Assembly (NCBI RefSeq): GCF_002087085.1
Contig: NZ_MWQY01000024.1
Span: forward strand, 1 to 53,847
Reading direction: 5' to 3'
Length of the DNA stretch: 53,847 nucleotides
Positions 40,409 through 50,300 of this stretch are shown here, in pieces. The notes below the pieces were generated by a model. The model was not told the origin of the DNA. It worked only from the letters and a program-made list of their open reading frames with translations, and ran no database searches. Numbering within the stretch: position 1 is the first letter of the stretch; every line of letters begins with the position of its first letter. The position numbers and the translations under genes were made by a program.

Positions 40409-40834
40409 TCAATAGTCGCCGGTCTCGTCCCTGAATTGTCCGAGAGGGACCTTATCACTCAGGACAAAGTCTGTAAAACTCTCCAGACGGGCAGCGATAC
40501 TCCCGGGCATTGCGTGTTCTATCTGGCATGCGATTGATTCAGCCTCATCTTCCTTTACCATGAGAACCTCGGACAGAAAACGCTGTACGATCTGGTGCTT
40601 GTTGTAGATTGATCTGGCTATTTTTGTTCCCCTGCCTGTCAGGGTAATATATGAGTTCTTTTCATAGTCCACGAGGCCCTTCTCTTTCAGTATACGCACA
40701 GCTCCTGTTACCGAAGGCATCTGGACCTTCAATGCTTCCGCTATATCCTTGACCCGGGCAACCCGATTCTTTTTTTCGAGAAAAAGTATCGCTTCCAGAT
40801 AATCTTCAAGACTTTGTGTGAGTTTTTCCACCAT
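40409..40834 (-). CDS. DtxR/MntR-family metal-dependent regulator
   Basis: SLEDYLEAI, DIAEAL.V..PSVT, KH...RFL, ACQIEH. Confidence 0.92.
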   Translation of the reverse strand: MVEKLTQSLEDYLEAILFLEKKNRVARVKDIAEALKVQMPSVTGAVRILKEKGLVDYEKNSYITLTGRGTKIARSIYNKHQIVQRFLSEVLMVKEDEAESIACQIEHAMPGSIAARLESFTDFVLSDKVPLGQFRDETGDY

Positions 40835-40840
40835 CGATCA

Positions 40841-40871
40841 TTAGTATAGCCTAACAAAAATAGGATGACAA
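40841..40871 (-). promoter_or_regulatory. promoter of the DtxR-family gene with an overlapping DtxR-like operator
   Basis: minus strand TTGTCA-17-TATACT; 19-mer TTTTGTTAGGCTATACTAA (40859-40841) matches 15/19 positions of the DtxR/IdeR consensus TTAGGTTAGGCTAACCTAA. Confidence 0.65.
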
Positions 40872-40900
40872 GATGTTTAGGACCTGTGCCGTATTATTGC

Positions 40901-40953
40901 TTGACGAGAAAGGAAAAAGGACGTACTGTTATTGCAAATATCGGCCGACGGCC
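40901..40953 (+). promoter_or_regulatory. putative promoter and palindrome upstream of the TetR gene
   Basis: TTGACG-17-TACTGT; GGCCG-A-CGGCC at 40943-40953. Confidence 0.4.
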
Positions 40954-40970
40954 TAGAGAGAGTTATCCGA

Positions 40971-41543
40971 ATGGTAGCAGCACGGGGTAAAAACAGGGGA
41001 ATCGACAATAAAAAAAAGATCCTGAACAGTGCCAGGAAAATCTTTCAGAAGAAAGGCGGACAGCAGACCAGCCTTGCGGACATAGCCAAAGCTGCGGGGA
41101 TCAGCAAAGGTACCCTCTATTACTATTATTCAACAAAAGCGGAACTGATTTTCGACATTACCCATGAACATATGAATTCGATGACATCCTCCCTCTTGAA
41201 GCTCGTGGAGGACAAGGCCGAAACCATGGATGCGGCGGAGATTATCCACCTCGTCTACAACACAATTATAAAAGCCGAATCGCGATCGAAGCTGCACCTC
41301 TATCTTGTTCAGGAGGCCATCATCGGCAACGACGAACTGAAGCAGCGTTTCCAGCAGGCTTACAACGAATGGCGGGAAATGATCAGCTCAGGTTTAAAAA
41401 CAATCCTGAAACGCAGAAAGGATATCGACGTACTCTCCCACGTTCTGCTTACCAGCATAACCGGGGGCATGATACAGCAGCTCCTGGGAGTCGATGACCT
41501 TCCCCTGGAAGAGATGTCTCACTGGCTCGTGTATAAACGTTAA
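40971..41543 (+). CDS. TetR/AcrR family regulator
   Basis: ILNSARKIF...TSLADIAKAAGISKGTLYYYYSTKAEL. Confidence 0.93.
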   Translation: MVAARGKNRGIDNKKKILNSARKIFQKKGGQQTSLADIAKAAGISKGTLYYYYSTKAELIFDITHEHMNSMTSSLLKLVEDKAETMDAAEIIHLVYNTIIKAESRSKLHLYLVQEAIIGNDELKQRFQQAYNEWREMISSGLKTILKRRKDIDVLSHVLLTSITGGMIQQLLGVDDLPLEEMSHWLVYKR

Positions 41544-41566
41544 GCACTCCCAGGCCGATACATATC

Positions 41567-41595
41567 TTGACTTATCAGGCTTTATACTTTATAAA
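41567..41595 (+). promoter_or_regulatory. promoter with palindrome upstream of the XRE-cupin gene
   Basis: TTGACT-17-TATAAA; TTTATA-CTT-TATAAA (41581-41595) overlaps the -10. Confidence 0.55.
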
Positions 41596-41617
41596 TACTT
41601 AAGAGGCTTTAGTCTAA

Positions 41618-42193
41618 ATGAAAGAAGAGACACGCCACAGATTCGGGGAAATACTCAGAAACGTCAGAGAACGCCGGGGAATCACCTTAAAAAAGGTAGC
41701 CCTGGAGGTGGGAGTCAGCGAAAGCCTGATTTCCCAGATTGAACGGAACAAGGTATCCCCCTCTGTCGACACCCTTATTGCCATAGCGAATGTTCTGGAA
41801 ATCGATCTGGAATACCTCTTCCGCGATTATAAAAGGAAAAAGAACGCCACCATAGTACGTCCCGACCAGCGGGTCACCAGGACCTTCCAGGGTGTCACCT
41901 ATGAGCACTTAACCGTGGTAAGTGATCCCACGGATGAGCATTCCATGGAAGCCCTTCTTCTTACTCTGGAAAAAGGCGGTACCCGGGGTGACATGGAGTA
42001 CGGCCACCGGGGAAAAGAACTGGGTGTCATTCTTGAAGGCTCAGGTACCCTCACCTACGGAAGCAACTCATATACTATTCACGCCGGGGATTGTGTCTCC
42101 TTCGATTCCGACATTCCCCACAATCTGGAAAACAAAGGCCAGACCCCCCTGCGGGCAGTCTGGATAATAACACCGCCAAAACATACACCCTGA
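41618..42193 (+). CDS. XRE-family HTH plus cupin regulator
   Basis: TLKKVA..VGVSESLISQIERNKVSPS; HRGKE...GDCVSFDSDIPH. Confidence 0.92.
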   Translation: MKEETRHRFGEILRNVRERRGITLKKVALEVGVSESLISQIERNKVSPSVDTLIAIANVLEIDLEYLFRDYKRKKNATIVRPDQRVTRTFQGVTYEHLTVVSDPTDEHSMEALLLTLEKGGTRGDMEYGHRGKELGVILEGSGTLTYGSNSYTIHAGDCVSFDSDIPHNLENKGQTPLRAVWIITPPKHTP

Positions 42194-42221
42194 TAACAGG
42201 AAGAAAAAGCAAGGAGAAAAA

Positions 42222-43517
42222 ATGGGACAAACGACTGCGCAAAAGATATTCCAGGCTCATCAGGTCGATCAGCCGGAACCCGGACGATATGTTCTCAACC
42301 TCGACGCGGTATTCTGCCACGAAATCACGACCCCCGGAGCTATTCTGGATCTCAAGGCCAGAAAGAAGGACCGGGTGTTCAATCCCGATAAAATCAAGGC
42401 CGTAATCGACCATGTGAGCCCCGCCAAGGACTCCAAGACGGCCCTTCAGGGCAAGATTCTCCGGGAATGGGCACGGGAGCAGAAAATCAGGGACTTCTTT
42501 GACATCGGACGCAACGGGGTCTGCCATGCCCTGTTTCCGGAGAAAGGCTTTGTGCGTCCCGGTTACACTGTAATCATGGGCGACTCCCACACCTGTACCC
42601 ACGGTGCATTCGGTGCCTTCGCGGCGGGAGTGGGCACCACCGACCTGGAAGTAGGGATCCTCAAAGGCGTCTGCGTCTTTCGTGAACCCCAGACCATGAA
42701 GATCGAAGTCCGCGGAAGCCTTCAGCCCGGAGTATACGCCAAGGACCTGATTCTGCACATCATCGGAACCATCGGAGTTGCCGGAGCAACCGACATGGTA
42801 ATCGAGTTTCACGGAGAGGCGATAACGGCAATGTCCATGGAAAGCCGCATGACCCTGAGCAACATGGCCGTGGAGGCCGGAGCGACCAGCGGTATATGCA
42901 TGCCGGATACGACCACCGTCGAATACCTCTGGCCCTTCATCCAGGATGAGTTCGCCAGTCCCGGGGCCGCCCTTGAAGAGTACAGCCGCTTCGCCGCCGA
43001 TTCCGATGCAGAATACAGTGAAACCATCGTTATCGAGGCTGCAGACGTAGTACCCTTGAGCACCTTCGGCTACAAGCCTGACCAGGTAAAACCCGTGGCG
43101 GATTTCGATTCCACCCCCGTGGACCAGGTTTATATAGGATCCTGTACCAACGGCAGACTCGAAGACCTTCGCATCGCCGCACAGGTTCTGAAGGGGAAAA
43201 AAGTAGCCCCTGCCGTGAGGGGAATACTCTCCCCCGCAACCCCCGGGGTTTACCATGAGGCCCTGAAAGAGGGAATAATAGACATCTTCATGGAGGCCGG
43301 CTTCTGTGTCACTAACCCCACCTGCGGGGCATGCCTGGGCATGAGCAACGGAGTACTGGCGGAGGGAGAGGTCTGTGCCTCCACCACCAACCGCAACTTC
43401 AACGGCCGCATGGGAAAGGGCGGCATGGTACACCTGATGAGTCCTGCAAGCGCTGCGGCGACAGCCATCGCAGGCCGCATCATCAACTCACCCCTCTATG
43501 CAAGGAGCGCAAAATGA
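42222..43517 (+). CDS. leuC: 3-isopropylmalate dehydratase/homoaconitase family large subunit
   Basis: GDSHTCTHGA, IGSCTNGR, CGACLG, STTNRNFNGRMG. Confidence 0.9.
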   Translation: MGQTTAQKIFQAHQVDQPEPGRYVLNLDAVFCHEITTPGAILDLKARKKDRVFNPDKIKAVIDHVSPAKDSKTALQGKILREWAREQKIRDFFDIGRNGVCHALFPEKGFVRPGYTVIMGDSHTCTHGAFGAFAAGVGTTDLEVGILKGVCVFREPQTMKIEVRGSLQPGVYAKDLILHIIGTIGVAGATDMVIEFHGEAITAMSMESRMTLSNMAVEAGATSGICMPDTTTVEYLWPFIQDEFASPGAALEEYSRFAADSDAEYSETIVIEAADVVPLSTFGYKPDQVKPVADFDSTPVDQVYIGSCTNGRLEDLRIAAQVLKGKKVAPAVRGILSPATPGVYHEALKEGIIDIFMEAGFCVTNPTCGACLGMSNGVLAEGEVCASTTNRNFNGRMGKGGMVHLMSPASAAATAIAGRIINSPLYARSAK

Positions 43518-44041
43518 AGAACTTCTCAGGCCGGGTCCTTTTTCTGGACCGGGGAGACATAAATACCGACGAGATTATCCCGGCAAAGTATCTCACAGAA
43601 ATCACCCGGGAGGCCCTGGGTCCCCACCTGCTGGAAGACCTCTCCCTGGAGGGTTTCGATCCGGCAAAGGACCTGGAAGGAAAAAAGGTCGTAGTGACAA
43701 GGGAGAATTTCGGATGCGGATCTTCCAGGGAACACGCACCCTGGGCCCTTGAAGCCCGGGGAATCAATATCGTGATAGCCACCAGCTTTGCAAGAATTTT
43801 CCGGCAGAACATGTTCAACTGCGGTATGCTGGCGGTGGAAATACCATCCCCTGCATGCGATGATCTTTTTCAACGCTTCTCAGGGAAAGATGTTTCAGTG
43901 GAAACGGACCTGGATGCAATGAAGTTTATATTCTCCTCGGGATCAGAAAAGATCGAGATACCCTTTAAACTGAGCGAATTCGAGAAGGATCTGATAAAAG
44001 CCGGCGGCTGGGTGGAATACGCCGACGCCAAATACCGGTAA
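43514..44041 (+). CDS. leuD: 3-isopropylmalate dehydratase family small subunit
   Basis: INTDEIIPAKYL, NFGCGSSREHAP, SFARIFRQN; ATGA overlap with leuC. Confidence 0.9.
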   Translation: MKNFSGRVLFLDRGDINTDEIIPAKYLTEITREALGPHLLEDLSLEGFDPAKDLEGKKVVVTRENFGCGSSREHAPWALEARGINIVIATSFARIFRQNMFNCGMLAVEIPSPACDDLFQRFSGKDVSVETDLDAMKFIFSSGSEKIEIPFKLSEFEKDLIKAGGWVEYADAKYR

Positions 44042-44065
44042 AAACAGGCCATTCCTTTTCATCCG

Positions 44066-44095
44066 CGCTGCTCTCGTTCGAGGGCAGCGTTTTTT
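44066..44095 (+). terminator. intrinsic terminator after leuD
   Basis: CGCTGCTCTCG-TT-CGAGGGCAGCG followed by TTTTTT. Confidence 0.8.
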
Positions 44096-44162
44096 ATTCC
44101 CGTTTCTCCAGGCGCCTTGAATCTGTCTGCCCTAAAGTCGTACACTTGAGAGGGAGGATCCT

Positions 44163-44618
44163 TTGGCTTTTCAGCATACCCCGGTCATAGAAAAGATGAC
44201 CAGAAACCACAACGTGTATTTTACCCTTCACTGGTCACCCCTCGAAAAGGCTGACAAATACCGTATAAACTCCGGCGTTCCCTCCATGTCCGGGGTATAC
44301 GAACTCTATTACCGGGACCCCTACGGAAAAATGATCCTTCACGAGGTAGACTGCGCATGGTACGGAGGACTCCGGTCCCGCCTGCGGAGAATAACCGACC
44401 CGGAACTCGAGGAAGACCTTGAAAAAAGAAAATTCATCGAAAACAGGAAATTCTTCTTCAGATACTGTCTCAGTGAAAACTTCAAGGACATGCAGGACGT
44501 GGTATTTTTTCTGAGCAGCACAGCAGGACTGCCCGAGGAAAAGAGAAGCCCGGATTCCGGACGCTACAAGAAGGTATACCTTCGGGAGAACTCCCCCAAC
44601 AAGATCACGACCCTTTAG
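44163..44618 (+). CDS. hypothetical protein, GIY-YIG-like N-terminal motifs
   Basis: GGAGG RBS before TTG; VPSMSGVYELYY...GGLRSRL. Confidence 0.6.
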   Translation: MAFQHTPVIEKMTRNHNVYFTLHWSPLEKADKYRINSGVPSMSGVYELYYRDPYGKMILHEVDCAWYGGLRSRLRRITDPELEEDLEKRKFIENRKFFFRYCLSENFKDMQDVVFFLSSTAGLPEEKRSPDSGRYKKVYLRENSPNKITTL

Positions 44619-45172
44619 ATCGACCTGTTTATCAGCTCCCAGCACATATCGGCATCGATCTCTTTATTCAGATACTTGGTAATGATTCTGCGTACGGGAA
44701 CCGGAAATTTGCTCCAATAAGCTTGAGGCCAGTCTCCGATCTCGGCAACAAGAGATTTGAGCTCCCGGGGATCCATACTCTCGGTCTTGTAGGCAATATA
44801 CTGGCGAATCATTGTCAAAAGGGCTTCCTGGGGAATGTCCCCGGCGCTTTGTCCGCCCCTGCTTTTCTTCCCGGGATCCGGAATCCATGACTCCAGGAGG
44901 GTCTCAAGCTGTTCGTCTCCGATCTCGGGGGCCTGACCTTTTATTATCTGCACGGCATAGTTGCGAATCATGTCCCGGATGGATTCCACACTTGCCCCGA
45001 CCTGCTCTTCAATACTGCGGCCGGTCTGGCGAGCGACGTTCTGAATATTAACCCCGCCGAAGGCTTGCTGCTTCTCCCGCCTTTTCAGTGCTTCCCTGAT
45101 AGCGGCAAGATCATCCGTGTCTGCCTCATTCAGGATATATTCAAGTATGGGATAGATCCGTATCTTGTCCAT
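44615..45172 (-). CDS. hypothetical protein (predicted alpha-helical)
   Basis: 185-aa ORF directly downstream of ychF with GAGG RBS. Confidence 0.7.
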   Translation of the reverse strand: MDKIRIYPILEYILNEADTDDLAAIREALKRREKQQAFGGVNIQNVARQTGRSIEEQVGASVESIRDMIRNYAVQIIKGQAPEIGDEQLETLLESWIPDPGKKSRGGQSAGDIPQEALLTMIRQYIAYKTESMDPRELKSLVAEIGDWPQAYWSKFPVPVRRIITKYLNKEIDADMCWELINRSI

Positions 45173-45177
45173 GGCCT

Positions 45178-46287
45178 CTAAACATTGAACTTGAAGAACA
45201 TGACATCTCCGTCCTTGACGGGATACTCCTTTCCTTCAATCCTCAGTTTACCTGCCTCTTTGACCTTCTGTTCAGATCCATAACTGAAAAGGTCTTCGCA
45301 GTGGTAAACCTCCGCCTTGATAAAACCCTTCTCGAAATCCGTGTGAATTACCCCGGCGGCTTTCGGCGCGGTGTCGCCTTTATGGAAGGTCCAGGCCCGG
45401 ACCTCCTTCGGTCCGGCGGTAAAAAAGGTCCTGAGATCAAGCGTGTCATAGGCCTTCTGTATCAGTTTGGACAGACCCGACTCTGCAAGACCTGCATCGG
45501 AGAGGAACATCTCCTTCTCTTCCTCGGAATCCAGTGCCGCGATATCCGCCTCGAGTTTGCCGCAGATTCGTACGACCTCGACCCCGTCTTCTCCGGCAAT
45601 CTTTTCAACCTCCCGGGTATAATCATTGCCGTCCTTTATGCCTTCCTCATCGACATTGGCCACATAAATCTGCTTTTTCAGGGTAATAAGCTGAAGTTCC
45701 TTCAGGATCTCCTTTTCATCATTACCGAAATCCAGGGTCCTGGCCGCCTTTCCCTGGGAGAGGACCTCCTGCAGCCGCTTGAGGAGCAGATCTGCGGTTT
45801 CGGCCTTCTTTTTCACATCCTTGTCAGGAGACCGGAGGGCCTTGCTGTTTTTTTCCAGCCGCTTCTCCACCGTCTCGAGATCCGCCAGAGCAAGCTCGAT
45901 ATTGATCGTCTCGATATCCGAAGCAGGATCAATCGTATTGCTTACATGGGTGACATCAGGATCGTCAAAACAGCGCACCACATGGGCGATAATTCCTACT
46001 TCCCGGATGTTCGCGAGGAACTTGTTCCCAAGCCCTTCCCCTTTGGAGGCGCCCTTTACAAGTCCAGCGATATCGACAAATTCCACGATGGCGGGTATAA
46101 CCTTTTCTGTGGGAATAAGATCTACAATTTTCTGAAGCCTGCTGTCGGGTACGGACACTATTCCGACATTCGGGTCTATAGTACAAAAAGGGTAGTTTGC
46201 CGCCTCAGCAGGTGCCGAGGTAAGGGCAGAAAAAATAGTTGATTTTCCAACATTCGGCAGTCCGACGATACCGCAATTCAATGCCAT
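45178..46287 (-). CDS. ychF: redox-regulated ATPase YchF
   Basis: GIVGLPNVGKST, NYPFCTIDPN, DIAGLVKGAS, TGS domain AAGVIHTDF. Confidence 0.98.
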   Translation of the reverse strand: MALNCGIVGLPNVGKSTIFSALTSAPAEAANYPFCTIDPNVGIVSVPDSRLQKIVDLIPTEKVIPAIVEFVDIAGLVKGASKGEGLGNKFLANIREVGIIAHVVRCFDDPDVTHVSNTIDPASDIETINIELALADLETVEKRLEKNSKALRSPDKDVKKKAETADLLLKRLQEVLSQGKAARTLDFGNDEKEILKELQLITLKKQIYVANVDEEGIKDGNDYTREVEKIAGEDGVEVVRICGKLEADIAALDSEEEKEMFLSDAGLAESGLSKLIQKAYDTLDLRTFFTAGPKEVRAWTFHKGDTAPKAAGVIHTDFEKGFIKAEVYHCEDLFSYGSEQKVKEAGKLRIEGKEYPVKDGDVMFFKFNV

Positions 46288-46394
46288 TATTATTCTCTTA
46301 TCTGAAGGATTGTTTATTCTTTATACTCTGAAATCGGGACTTTATTCAATGACAGGCAGATAAAGGTCAGCTCGGACAGAGGGAGACATCCCGA

Positions 46395-47327
46395 TCAGCG
46401 GTGTTCCTGTAATATCTTGATAATGGTTTGAATAGTCTCTATGCGCTGCTCTAAACTGGTATTTTCCGAGATCTCATCCCCCGTAATACCCAATCGAGAC
46501 AGTCTGTGTCTCGCCTTTTCAGAGAGTACGACGGGTAACTGATTTTTCAGGCCAGAATTACTACAGGCATGATGCGTTATCGGCACCTCGCTGAGAACAG
46601 AAGCAGAGTACAGTATCCTGGAAAGCAGCTCTTCATTTTCATCAATCTCATAATCAGGCAGAGAGTAGTGAAAACAGGCCTCATCTGGTTGTTGGAGACA
46701 GCCGGAAAGACTTCTCTCTTGCTCCGAAGGGTTATTCACTGTTTCCGCTTCGACCTGTATTCGCCCGCCCAATAATCCAACATACTGCAGAAAATCAGCT
46801 GGGACATGCTCATCAGGATGAACAGCCCAGGTAAGGCTGAGCGGTGATCCGGCGGCAAGGGTTTCAATTGCCGCGCTTGCTGCACTCAGGACATGTCCGC
46901 CAAGAACGATCCTTTCAGGTCGATTTGACAAGATCGTCCTGGCCTTGCAGCTGCAGTTTTCATATACATCAATCCCATTGACAAAAAATCGGGGGGAATC
47001 GATGTTCAACAGCGCACTGACGGGCAGCCAGAAACTCGACCCGTTTCGCAGGATAATATGGATTTGATGGTCCTCACAATTGAGTATTCTTCCATCCAAT
47101 ATCGTACCCGGTTTCAGCACATCCCGCGGCCGTATCAGCAGGTTTTCGGTCCACAATCCCGCTCCTTCAATGGCAGGAATATATGGATCCACCGCATACT
47201 CAGAAGAGCTTACAAGAATGGTAAAGGTCTGTTTCTGGAGTAAAGCTGCCCAGCAGAGAGCATTGAGCCCCCGGCCGACAACTACGACCGGAGCTCCGTC
47301 TAAAATTTCACTCGTTGATCGACGCAT
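46395..47327 (-). CDS. hypothetical protein, degenerate two-dinucleotide-binding flavoprotein-like
   Basis: VVVVGRGLNA and RIVLGG...AAIE resemble the two Rossmann motifs; AAGGAG RBS; last gene of the RND operon. Confidence 0.55.
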   Translation of the reverse strand: MRRSTSEILDGAPVVVVGRGLNALCWAALLQKQTFTILVSSSEYAVDPYIPAIEGAGLWTENLLIRPRDVLKPGTILDGRILNCEDHQIHIILRNGSSFWLPVSALLNIDSPRFFVNGIDVYENCSCKARTILSNRPERIVLGGHVLSAASAAIETLAAGSPLSLTWAVHPDEHVPADFLQYVGLLGGRIQVEAETVNNPSEQERSLSGCLQQPDEACFHYSLPDYEIDENEELLSRILYSASVLSEVPITHHACSNSGLKNQLPVVLSEKARHRLSRLGITGDEISENTSLEQRIETIQTIIKILQEHR

Positions 47328-47357
47328 GATTTCTGAGATACTCCTTCCTTTGGAAAA

Positions 47358-50300
47358 TCAATCAGTCCTGTTGAATCTCTTGACCCATCCGCCGAGATCG
47401 TCCATCACCGAATAGAAGACCGGGATTACTATCATGGTCAGAAAGGTTGCCGCGGTCATTCCGCCGATAACAGCTACCGCCAGGGGCGAAAAACGTTCGG
47501 CTCCGAGGGCCCACTCCATGGCCAGGGGGATCATACCCACGATGGTTGAAAGGGAGGTCATCATTATAGGCCTGAATCTGGCATCCACAGAGCTTTCTAT
47601 CGCCACCATGCGGTCTTCACCGGCATCGCGTCGTTGCTGGATAAAATCGATCAGGATTATTGAGTTGTTCACCACAATTCCGATCAGGAGAATCAGGCCT
47701 ACCAGTACCGGCATCGAGACGGGCATTCCCGCTATCCCTAGTGCCGTGGCTATACCTATCAGACTCAAGGGTACCGCCATCATCACGGTAATCGGGTGGG
47801 CGAAGGACTTGAACTGTGCTACCAGAAGCAGATAGACAGCAATAAAGGCGATTCCCAGCGCGCCGGCGAGTTCGCTCCGCGACTCGGCCATATCCTTCTC
47901 TTCGCCTTCCAGGGTAATTGCGTATTCTTCCGGTACCAGGATTTTATCGAGGGCTCGTTCCACATCACGGGAGACAAAATTAAGGGGACGATCCTGATGG
48001 AGCGCCAGGATGTCGAGGGTCGGCAGCAGGTTCTCCCGCGTAACCAGCCCCTGCCCCATTACCTCACGCCCCTGGGTTACTGTTCCAACCGGCACGGTTG
48101 TCCCGACACTGGGTGCAAAAGCCCGGACGGCAAAGGCATCATCCCGTTCGCGGCGGTACTCCGGCGCGTAGCGGACGCGTATGGGAGTGTCGTTGCCTCC
48201 TTCACCCCGGTAGACGCCGGCAGGTGCCCCGTCGAGGGATCGTGCCAGTTCACGGGAGATCTCGTCAGGCGGCAGTCCGAGCTCACGGGCACGATTTATG
48301 TCGACAGTGAGGATTACGTTCCGCTGGTCGAGACGCCAGCTGCGGTAGGTATTGACCGTTCCCGGCACCGAGGCGACTGTTTTCAGCACCTCGTCACCAA
48401 GCCGATCGAGAACCAGAGGATCGGGACCTTTTATACTGGCTACAATCGTCGAGGCCGTGGTTGATTTAGCGGTACTGCCGGACTCACGGACAACATAATT
48501 CTCGATTCCAGGCACCCGCGAGATTTTTTCACGCACCCGGTCCTGAATCTCCCATATCGTCTCATCCCGCTCTGTCCGCTCTGTCCAAGCAATGGTGATA
48601 TACCCTTGCGTCGGTCCCTGGACACCACCGCCCCCGAAGGAGTTCATCCCCGGCTCGAATCCTATCTGGGTCGATACTTTGTCCAGTTCAGCCTCTTCAA
48701 GGATAATCGCTTCCACATCGGCAACAACCCGTTCTGTCTCGTCGAGAGAGGAACCTGAGGGAGTCTCGATGCTTATGAAGGTCGCTCCGCCGTCCATCTT
48801 CGGCAGCAGTTCCATACCCAGGGACACAAGAATACGCCCCCCGGCCACAAACAGCACCAGCGCGACGACCAGTACCACCCAACGGTGGTGAAGAGACCAC
48901 TTGAGCATATGAACGTACAGCGATCGGAGACGGTTCATCAGAAAACTCCAGGGCCTGGCCGCGGTTTGAGCAAACCGTTCCATTCTGCCCGCATTCCCTG
49001 TGACCTTCATGGTGAGAATCGGAACCAGCATCAAGGCTACCAGAAGGGATGAAATAAAGGCGATGATCATTGTTGCCGCCAGGGGACCAAAGGTCTTTCC
49101 GACAAATCCATACAGAAACAAAAGGGGAATCAAAACCGTCAAGGTCGTCGCGTTACCGGCAATAACAGCGAACTGGATCTCCTTGGCGCCCTCCAGGGCC
49201 GCCTTGAAAGAGGAGACACCAGCCGCCCCCTCTGAGTTCCCCTCCTGATAGTGGCGAGTTATGTTTTCCAGGACCACAACCGAGGCGTCCACAACCATTC
49301 CCACCGCGAGGATTATCGCCGTCAGCGTAACCAGGTCGACCTGAATGCCGAAGAGCTTCATCCCGGCGAAGGTAAGAAGGAAGGACATGGGCATCGAAAT
49401 GGCGACCACCAGGCCGCGACGAAAACTGCCCAGGAAAAGAAAGATGATTACCGTTGCCAGGGCCAGCGCCTGGCCGACGGCGCCGAGCATATTGGAAACA
49501 ACCTGCTCGGTAAAGGAGGCATCCTCGTCAGCAACCAGCACGGTCAACTCAGGGTACTTCTTTCCGATCTCCTCAAAAGCTGCCGTGATCCGGTGTACGA
49601 CCTCCACGGTATTTGCATCATCCTGTCTGAATATCTGCATGGCGATGGCGTGGCTGCCGTCGACCCGAAAGCGCGAGAGGTCTTCCCCGGAACCGATACT
49701 GATCCGGGCCAGGTCCCCCACAATCAGACGCTGCCCCGCGGGAGTGCTTAGCGGAATTGATTCAATCTCCTCGATGGATTGACTGAGCTCATCGACCCGA
49801 AAACTGTACTGTTGTCCCTGGCTTCTGATTTCACCCGCGGGAAGACTAACGTTGTGAGAGGAAATCGCCCCGATAACAGCGCCAAGGGGAAGGTTATGCG
49901 CTTCCAGCCGCGACCGGTCTACATCTACCGATACCTCCGGTTGAAAGCCTCCGAACACATCCACAAGGGCTACGCCGGGTATCCGTTGAATCTCCGGGGA
50001 CAGCACTTCTTCGGCAAGATCCCGTACCGCCACCATATCCGTACCCAGTAATCCCAGGGTGATCACCGGGCGGTCACTGGTGGAGAACTTCAATACCTGC
50101 GGCTCGGCGATTGTATCCGGTAAAGCCGACCTTATACGGGTCAAAGCATTCTGAACATCCACCGCCGCCAGGTCTACTGAAGTATCGTAGCGAAACTCCA
50201 CTGCCACAAGGGATATTCCGTTCTGGGAGGTTGAACTGACCTTCTCCACCCCCTCCAGCGAGGCAAGCTCCTCTTCGATGGGATCGGATACCAGATCTGC

